A DNA stretch of 64,000 nucleotides from Pseudobdellovibrionaceae bacterium (GTDB lineage: Bacteria > Bdellovibrionota > Bdellovibrionia > Bdellovibrionales > UBA1609). Below the pieces are notes generated by a model that made no database searches, was not told the origin of the DNA, and saw nothing but the letters and a program-made list of their open reading frames with translations. A program made the translations under genes and the position numbers. The stretch is from assembly GCA_947444305.1 (NCBI GenBank), contig CANEZP010000001.1, positions 18,151-82,150 on the forward strand, written 5' to 3'. Shown piece after piece: positions 58,293 through 64,000 of this stretch (its first letter is position 1; each line of letters opens with the position of its first letter).

Positions 58293-58420
58293 GCGATAAG
58301 CGTATGCTAAACACCGTGCTTTGCAAGCGCACGTTCACTTTAGCTTAACGTCCGATTAAGCTTAACATAAGTTTGACTCCGATTTGAACGCCGGTAGCAT
58401 GGAAGCCGATCGATCCATCG

Positions 58421-58428
58421 GGAGGAGG
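58421..58428 (+). promoter_or_regulatory. strong Shine-Dalgarno (GGAGGAGG) serving the type III PKS gene
   Basis: GGAGGAGG is followed by AAAA and then the in-frame ATC at 58433. No ATG, GTG or TTG lies in frame between the stop at 58385 and 58550. Confidence 0.6.
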
Positions 58429-58432
58429 AAAA

Positions 58433-59593
58433 ATCAGGTCACAAACCGACATTTATCTTTCGCAGTTCCGCGTTATAAAGCCTCCGTTCGAGCGTTCGCA
58501 AGGCGAGCTCAACCGATGGACTTTAGATCGTCATCTTGCCACAAGGGATTTGCGACCGCCCACGGATGACATGTCGCCGGCGCAGTACGAAAAAATTCAC
58601 CAACGTTATGCCATTAAAGAAGCCCTCATCGCGAAACGCGCGTTCGAATGCGGGGACGTGACCGATCCCGATTTCGGCAACGCCCGAATCTATCCCGTCG
58701 GCCCGGGGCAATGGTCGGGCGCCGACATCGGGGTGCGCACGCAATTTTTCTCGGAACGTGCGCAAGCGGTGTTCAACGAATTTTACGAACGCAGTGAACG
58801 TACGCCGTCGCATATCGTTCACGTCACCTGCACCGGCTACCGGTCACCGAGCGCCGCCCAACTCTTGGTCGCGCGTAAAGGCTGGGGCTCGCGGGTAGGT
58901 GTAACTCATGCGTACCACATGGGCTGTTACGCTTCGCTGCCGGCCGTGCGCGTAGCCGAAGGGTTAGTTGCCGTAGCCGATTCAAAGGGAGACGACGGCC
59001 GCGATTTTACCGTCGATATCGTGCATACCGAAATGTGCGGCCTTCACATGAACGCCGCGGCCAATAGCGCCGAGCAAATCGTGGTGCAAAGCCTATTTGC
59101 CGACGGACACATCAAATACAGCGCGGGTTCGCACCCGAACGGCTACGCCAGCTACCGCGTTCTCGGCATCAAAGAAATGGTCGTCGCGGATTCGGAAGCC
59201 GATATGAGTTGGTCACCCGAAAGCTGGGGCCTGCAAATGAATCTTTCGCGCGAAGTGCCCGAGAAAATTCGTACCGGCATTCACGCTTTCTTCGAAGGTT
59301 TAGCCGCGCAATCCGGGCTCGACGTTAAAGCGCTACTCGCCGAAGGTGTCTTCGCGATCCATCCCGGCGGTCCGAAAATTATCCAGAGCGTTCAAGAGAT
59401 ATTAGGCTTAAGCGATTCGCAAACAAAATTCAGCAAACAAGTCTTACATGACCGCGGTAACATGTCCTCGGCGACGTTGCCCCACGTATGGGCCGAGATT
59501 CTCGAGTCCAAGCTCGCGACCGGCACCAAGGTGATTAGTTTCGCCTTCGGCCCGGGGCTCACCATCTTCGGATCCATCTTCGAAATCAATTAA
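58433..59593 (+). CDS. type III polyketide synthase (chalcone/stilbene synthase superfamily)
   Basis: Catalytic triad contexts are HMGCYASL (Cys), FAIHPGGPKII (His) and GNMSSATLPHV (Asn). The first canonical start is TTG 58550, but the conserved N-terminus (DIYLSQFRVIKPPFERSQGEL) is encoded upstream in frame. The proposed start is ATC 58433. Confidence 0.85.
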   Translation: MRSQTDIYLSQFRVIKPPFERSQGELNRWTLDRHLATRDLRPPTDDMSPAQYEKIHQRYAIKEALIAKRAFECGDVTDPDFGNARIYPVGPGQWSGADIGVRTQFFSERAQAVFNEFYERSERTPSHIVHVTCTGYRSPSAAQLLVARKGWGSRVGVTHAYHMGCYASLPAVRVAEGLVAVADSKGDDGRDFTVDIVHTEMCGLHMNAAANSAEQIVVQSLFADGHIKYSAGSHPNGYASYRVLGIKEMVVADSEADMSWSPESWGLQMNLSREVPEKIRTGIHAFFEGLAAQSGLDVKALLAEGVFAIHPGGPKIIQSVQEILGLSDSQTKFSKQVLHDRGNMSSATLPHVWAEILESKLATGTKVISFAFGPGLTIFGSIFEIN

Positions 59594-61796
59594 GAAGCGC
59601 GACGAACTTCCGCAACGGGATGCTGCACGACGGGACGCTTTCGATCACGTCGATCAAGAGTTCGCCGTTTCGCCCGGCGATCAGGGCGTTGAGTTTAGCG
59701 CGATCGGGAGGGCAGTGGGTGAAGGCCAAAAGCTGATTCAATTGCGCTTCGGTGACGGGTTCGCTTAAAGACGTCGCGGCCGGCAGTAACTCTCCCGCTT
59801 CCTCAAGGCCGAACCGGCGTAGTGCGCGCACAATCGCGGGATCGGACGGCGTCTGAATTTCCATCGCGGCCCAAAAACCTTCGCACCAGTGATTGAAATC
59901 TCTTAATGAATCGGCGCGCGCATCGCCTTCGCCGCGCGGGCAAATGCGTTCGGCCCCGAGTTGCGCCAGCCGTTGATCAAAGAATTTCGGCACCGCTTGG
60001 TAGGTGCGCGACCAGTCGCGATGACCGCAACCGAAAACCGCGTAGCGCAGGGAGGTAGGCGCGTCCATCTTCCGACGAGCCAGCGCTTCAAAGAATGTGC
60101 GGCCATTGTCGGGGGCCTGGCCTTCGTAACTCGCCGTAATTAGGACCGCTGTTGCGGACGGCCCGCTTAGTATTCCCGATGCAAATCCCTCATCGAGCGT
60201 TTGCACCACCGCCGCAAAACCGCGGACCGTCGCTTGTTCGCAAAGGTCTTGCGCGTAACCTTTCGCCGTTCCGGTCTTAGATCCGAAAAGAATATGCAGG
60301 GTGCCGCGCGGCTTGAACGCCGCGGGCTTTGCCGGCGTGACCGCGCGCGTGGCCGGCGATGATTTACTCTCAACGCTCTTTGCCCGGGGCCGGGCGGTGA
60401 CGAAGAAACGATCCGGTTTTAGCGTGAGCGATTCTTTAATCTTCAAATCCGCGCCCGGGTTTTCACTTTTCAGATCGAAGCGTTGCAAAATCAGCGTGAG
60501 CGCGAGCGCCGCTTCTTGCAGCGCGAAGGCCCGGCCGATGCACGAGCGTTGGCCGTTCCCGAACGGCTTCCAGCTATCCGCCGGTAAGGCATCGAACTTC
60601 TCACGCGCCATACGCTCGGGTAAAAATGCTCCCGGATTTTTCCAGATTACGGGATCACGGTGAACGGCCGGTAAGAGCAACAAAATAGTTTGCCGGTTTG
60701 TTACCGGTAAATGTCCGAGCAGGGTCGTTTGCGGTTCTTTCGAAAAAACGGCGAACGCCGGCACGGTCGGCCAGAGGCGCAAAGATTCCTTCAGGATTTG
60801 ATCGACGTAGGTTAGCTCAAACATGTCGTCAAAAGTCGGGCGGCGCCCGCCCAAAACCGCGTCGATCTGCGCGCGCGCGGTGGCCAAGGCCTCCGGGTGG
60901 CGAAGCAATTCGTAAATCGCGAAGGAAAGTAAGCCGCTGGTCGTTTCGTGACCGGCGATTAAAAACGTGACCATTTGGTAGCGAATGTTGGTTTCGTCGA
61001 GCCGTTCGCCCGATTCGGGATCGGCGGCGGTTAACATCGTGGTGAGAATATCGCGTGCGTTCGAATCTAAACCTTCGGCCTTGCGGGCCGCGATAATGTC
61101 GTCGGCGAGTTTATGCATGAGTTCACGATCGAGCTCGTACCGGCGTTTTTTTCCGAGGAGGAAGTGGGTTTGCAGCGGCGGCCGGCGCGTACGCGCGCTC
61201 GACTCGATCAAGCTGCGCATCATCGCGTCCACGAATGGATGCATCGCTTTGTCGTAAAAACTATTAAGCCTGTAACCGAAAGCGCAAAGCGCGATCGTAT
61301 CGACCGTCAGGCGGGTCATGTTGTCCGAGACGTCGATCGGAGCCGAAGGGCCTTGCCGTTCCCACTTGATAAGCATTTGTTCGGCGATATCTAACATCTG
61401 ACCGAACATGGGGCGGAGTGAAGAGGGCCCGAAGGCGGGAAGCAAGATCCGGTGTGCCTTCGCCCAATTCGCTTCGCGCGTGTGAGCCGTGATCAATCCG
61501 TCACCCGCGTAATCGCGAACGACGTCGAGCGGCCCGTGCACTTTTTTGTCGAAACGGCTTTCGTCGCAAACTTCGTGCGCGAGTTCTCGCGAACTTACGA
61601 CGACGAGATCTTCCGTCGGCACTTGCAACCGGTAAACGGGCCCGTACTTCTCGGCGAGTTTCATCATCGATTGAATAGGATTTTGTAAATCGAGATCGAG
61701 TAAATTTCCGATTACCGGCCAGGCCTTCGGCTGTGGAAGGCCTTTCGCCCCATATTTTTGTCCGACGTACAAGATCGCTTCCCCCGGAAAGATCAC
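59586..61796 (-). CDS. CYP102 (P450 BM3)-like cytochrome P450 fused to an FMN (flavodoxin-like) domain; the FAD/NADPH reductase half is missing
   Basis: 736 aa, with LPQPK..DESRFDK..GDGL..NWAKAH and heme loop FGNGQRSCIGRAFALQEA. FMN domain: LHILFGSKTGTAKGYAQDL, YAVFGCGHRDWSRTYQ. The tail is homologous to the BM3 connecting region and stops just before the RxYS FAD motif. GTG start at 61796; alternative TTG at 61772. Confidence 0.9.
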   Translation of the reverse strand: MIFPGEAILYVGQKYGAKGLPQPKAWPVIGNLLDLDLQNPIQSMMKLAEKYGPVYRLQVPTEDLVVVSSRELAHEVCDESRFDKKVHGPLDVVRDYAGDGLITAHTREANWAKAHRILLPAFGPSSLRPMFGQMLDIAEQMLIKWERQGPSAPIDVSDNMTRLTVDTIALCAFGYRLNSFYDKAMHPFVDAMMRSLIESSARTRRPPLQTHFLLGKKRRYELDRELMHKLADDIIAARKAEGLDSNARDILTTMLTAADPESGERLDETNIRYQMVTFLIAGHETTSGLLSFAIYELLRHPEALATARAQIDAVLGGRRPTFDDMFELTYVDQILKESLRLWPTVPAFAVFSKEPQTTLLGHLPVTNRQTILLLLPAVHRDPVIWKNPGAFLPERMAREKFDALPADSWKPFGNGQRSCIGRAFALQEAALALTLILQRFDLKSENPGADLKIKESLTLKPDRFFVTARPRAKSVESKSSPATRAVTPAKPAAFKPRGTLHILFGSKTGTAKGYAQDLCEQATVRGFAAVVQTLDEGFASGILSGPSATAVLITASYEGQAPDNGRTFFEALARRKMDAPTSLRYAVFGCGHRDWSRTYQAVPKFFDQRLAQLGAERICPRGEGDARADSLRDFNHWCEGFWAAMEIQTPSDPAIVRALRRFGLEEAGELLPAATSLSEPVTEAQLNQLLAFTHCPPDRAKLNALIAGRNGELLIDVIESVPSCSIPLRKFVALLN

Positions 61797-61876
61797 CTGA
61801 GAAGCTTACGTGAATCCGCTATTACTGCCAGCAAAATAAAAATGCGCCGACATAAGAAGTTTGCTACGCTTTCGAA

Positions 61877-62974
61877 ATGAGTCCGGGTCAACGCCGCATC
61901 CTTCTTCCGCTCGCCGTTTTTACGACCATCCTTGGTTTGGTCCACTGGTTCATCTACGCCGTCACCATGCGGGACGTACCTAATTTCTTGGCCGCTCCTT
62001 TCTTGATTTTCATGGTCGCCGCGCTGATTTCGATGCCGCTCGGTTTGATCTTTAGTCACGGCGTGTGGCGCAAGCGTTTGCTGCCGGTCACTTACTTTGC
62101 ATTTTTTTGGATCGGTTTTTTCTTCCTGACTTTTTCTTTCGTGATCGTGCAGTTCGTTCTGTCTTGGTTCGTCGACCATCCTTATTCTTACTGGCCGTGG
62201 GCCGCGGCCGCGGTGACTTGCGCGTGGTCGGTGTTCAGGGCTTTGAGTCCACCGCGCATTATCACGCACGAGATCGAAGGCCCGGCGGTCATGAAGAATC
62301 TGACGCTCGTCCAGATTTCTGACTTACACATCGGCATGCCTTTCTTGAATAAGTCTTGGCTCGCCCGCCAAGTTGCGCGCATCAATGAATTAAAGCCCGA
62401 CTTCATCGCGATAACCGGTGATTTAGCCGACGGCCCTTTCGACGAAGTGTCACCCGAACTAGCGCCACTCGCGAATTTAAAACCGAAGATCAAAAAGTTC
62501 TACGTCACCGGCAATCACGAATTCATTCGCGGCGGGGATTGGGAGAAGCGGCTCAAAGAACTCGGCTTCACGGTTTTGCACAACACGCACGAGATCTTTG
62601 ACCGCGACGGCGCAAAATTAATGATCGCCGGCGTCCCGGATCGCGTGATCGTTAGCCGCGGGCGCAATTTTGAATCCTCACCGAGCAAAGCGCTCGCGAC
62701 GACGACCGACGTCGACTACCGGATCCTTCTGGCGCACGAGCCCACGACGGTTTTTAATTTAAAGAACGAAAGGTGCGACCTCATGTTAGCGGGCCACACG
62801 CACGGCGGCCAAATTTTTCCGTTCGCGCTCTTCGTCCGCATGGCGCAGCCGGTGGTGCGGGGATTCAAAGAGATCAACGGGACGCTCGTGTTCGCGCACA
62901 TGGGCACCGGTTTTTGGGGACCACCCATGCGTTGGTTAACAAGTTCCGAAATCGTGCGATTTCATTGGCAATGA
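61877..62974 (+). CDS. membrane-anchored metallophosphoesterase (calcineurin-like, YkuE/YaeI type)
   Basis: 365 aa, with 3-4 N-terminal TM helices. Motifs: VQISDLHIG, ITGDLADG, GNHEF, LLAHEP, GHTHGGQ. Confidence 0.88.
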   Translation: MSPGQRRILLPLAVFTTILGLVHWFIYAVTMRDVPNFLAAPFLIFMVAALISMPLGLIFSHGVWRKRLLPVTYFAFFWIGFFFLTFSFVIVQFVLSWFVDHPYSYWPWAAAAVTCAWSVFRALSPPRIITHEIEGPAVMKNLTLVQISDLHIGMPFLNKSWLARQVARINELKPDFIAITGDLADGPFDEVSPELAPLANLKPKIKKFYVTGNHEFIRGGDWEKRLKELGFTVLHNTHEIFDRDGAKLMIAGVPDRVIVSRGRNFESSPSKALATTTDVDYRILLAHEPTTVFNLKNERCDLMLAGHTHGGQIFPFALFVRMAQPVVRGFKEINGTLVFAHMGTGFWGPPMRWLTSSEIVRFHWQ

Positions 62975-64000
62975 CGGCAAAAGCGATCGCGCTCGCGATC
63001 CCGGTCGGTTTTGCGGCGGGCACCGCCGCGGCAATCTTTTTACATCTTTTAAATTGGTCCACGCATTTCCGTTTGGATCACCCTTGGATACTTTGGGGCT
63101 TACCGCTAGCCGGATTCATCATCGGCCGGATGTATCATAGCGCGGGCAAAGAGGCCGCCTCGGGCCACGCGCTTATCCTCGAAGAAATCCGCAATCCTAA
63201 AAAACAATTGCCGCCGGTCATGATCCCGCTCGTCCTGTGCGCGACGATTCTTACGCATCTCTTCGGCGGGTCGGCCGGGCGCGAGGGCACCGCCGTGCAA
63301 ATGGGTGGCTCGCTTGCCGATCAACTTCTGCGTTATTTTAAGGTTAGCGCGCTTGAGCGCCGGCGATTATTGATCGCGGGCATGGGCGCCGGTTTTTCGG
63401 CCGCGATCGGTGCGCCTTTTGCGGGTTCGCTTTTCGGGTTAGAGGTCATCGTCGCCGGCCGTTGGCGGAAAAATTCTTTCGGTGGTCTTCTTGAATGCAC
63501 GCTCGCATCGTTCGTTGCCTTTTATACGGCGATGCTTTGGCAGGCGCCGCATTCTTCATTCCCGTGGCGGGACGTTGCGGCGTTTGATATCACGCTCGTG
63601 CTTTGGGCGCTCGTGGCCGGTCTCGCTTTCGGATTCATGGCGAGGTTTTTTATTCTGTTCACCCACGTGATCGAAAAGTCGGCGCGTAGGTTAATTCGCG
63701 GTCAGGCGTTCATTCCGGTCGCGGGGGGCGCGTTGCTGGTGGCCTTATTCCATCTCGAAGGCAGTTATCGCTTCAACGGTCTCGGAATCGCCTACATTCA
63801 AGAAGCGTTGCTTAACGTCGCGCCTTGGACGGACCCGATTTTAAAAACGGTATTCACCGCGCTCACTCTCGGAACGGGTTTCAAAGGCGGGGAGTTTGTG
63901 CCGCTTGTTTTTATCGGTACGACGCTGGGCAGTTCGCTGTCGGCAGTTATTCCGCTCGCGCCTTCGTTTCTCGGAAGCTTAGGCTTCGGTGCGTTGTTCG
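62971..64000 (+). CDS. CLC-family anion channel/antiporter (partial, continues past the right edge)
   Basis: My own translation from ATG 62971 (ATGA overlap with the upstream stop) stays open to the window end. Motifs: GGSAGREGTAVQMG, GAPFAGSLFGLE, GFKGGEFVPLVFIG. Confidence 0.88.
   Translation, partial: MTAKAIALAIPVGFAAGTAAAIFLHLLNWSTHFRLDHPWILWGLPLAGFIIGRMYHSAGKEAASGHALILEEIRNPKKQLPPVMIPLVLCATILTHLFGGSAGREGTAVQMGGSLADQLLRYFKVSALERRRLLIAGMGAGFSAAIGAPFAGSLFGLEVIVAGRWRKNSFGGLLECTLASFVAFYTAMLWQAPHSSFPWRDVAAFDITLVLWALVAGLAFGFMARFFILFTHVIEKSARRLIRGQAFIPVAGGALLVALFHLEGSYRFNGLGIAYIQEALLNVAPWTDPILKTVFTALTLGTGFKGGEFVPLVFIGTTLGSSLSAVIPLAPSFLGSLGFGALF

Noticed and set aside
58384-58569. 61-aa ORF (MNAGSMEADRS...) upstream of and overlapping the PKS start
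   Set aside because: It is out of frame with the conserved PKS N-terminus and encodes an Arg-rich peptide with no features. It matters only as a possible signpost of an indel (see the PKS start finding).
62900-62975. Fluoride riboswitch ahead of the CLC gene
   Set aside because: The CLC start overlaps the upstream stop codon, so there is no non-coding leader. The 80-bp region before 61877 shows no obvious crcB-motif fold by eye.

Overview
About 47 protein genes and one tRNA from a moderately GC-rich Gram-negative chromosome. The taxon cannot be determined from this window; the fibre-type proteins, CarD, TMTC-like TPR proteins and lipoprotein-rich accessory genes suggest a Bdellovibrionota/Oligoflexia-like or other delta-type lineage. 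Housekeeping core: carD, gltX-cysS-uvrB-uvrC (tightly packed), an nfeD-SPFH-spoIID operon, a xerC/D-family recombinase, comM/yifB-type ATPase, a CorA-family channel and tRNA-Cys. Accessory content in five blocks. (1) 1-9053: three secreted phage-tail-fibre-like genes. One is a giant fibre ORF of more than 1800 codons that runs off the left edge and that the ORF track misses. The other two are an overlapping pair, a short fibre and a glycine-rich-domain protein. (2) 19.1-24.5 kb: a FecR-like/lipoprotein operon facing a TPR + beta-barrel outer-membrane protein. (3) 34.2-43.8 kb: secreted proteins, lipoproteins and a regulator directly downstream of tRNA-Cys. (4) 44.1-53.5 kb: five signalling genes centred on a bacteriophytochrome, with no heme oxygenase in the window. 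(5) 58.4-64 kb: a type III polyketide synthase convergent with a CYP102 (P450 BM3)-like P450-FMN fusion that lacks its FAD/NADPH half, then a membrane metallophosphoesterase coupled to a CLC channel with a CLC-F-like motif. Three genes (two kinases and the PKS) appear to begin at non-canonical codons (ATC/CTG) behind good Shine-Dalgarno sites. No CRISPR array, transposase, prophage structural module or rRNA was seen. All calls rest on reading the translations and the sequence by eye; no database search was run.
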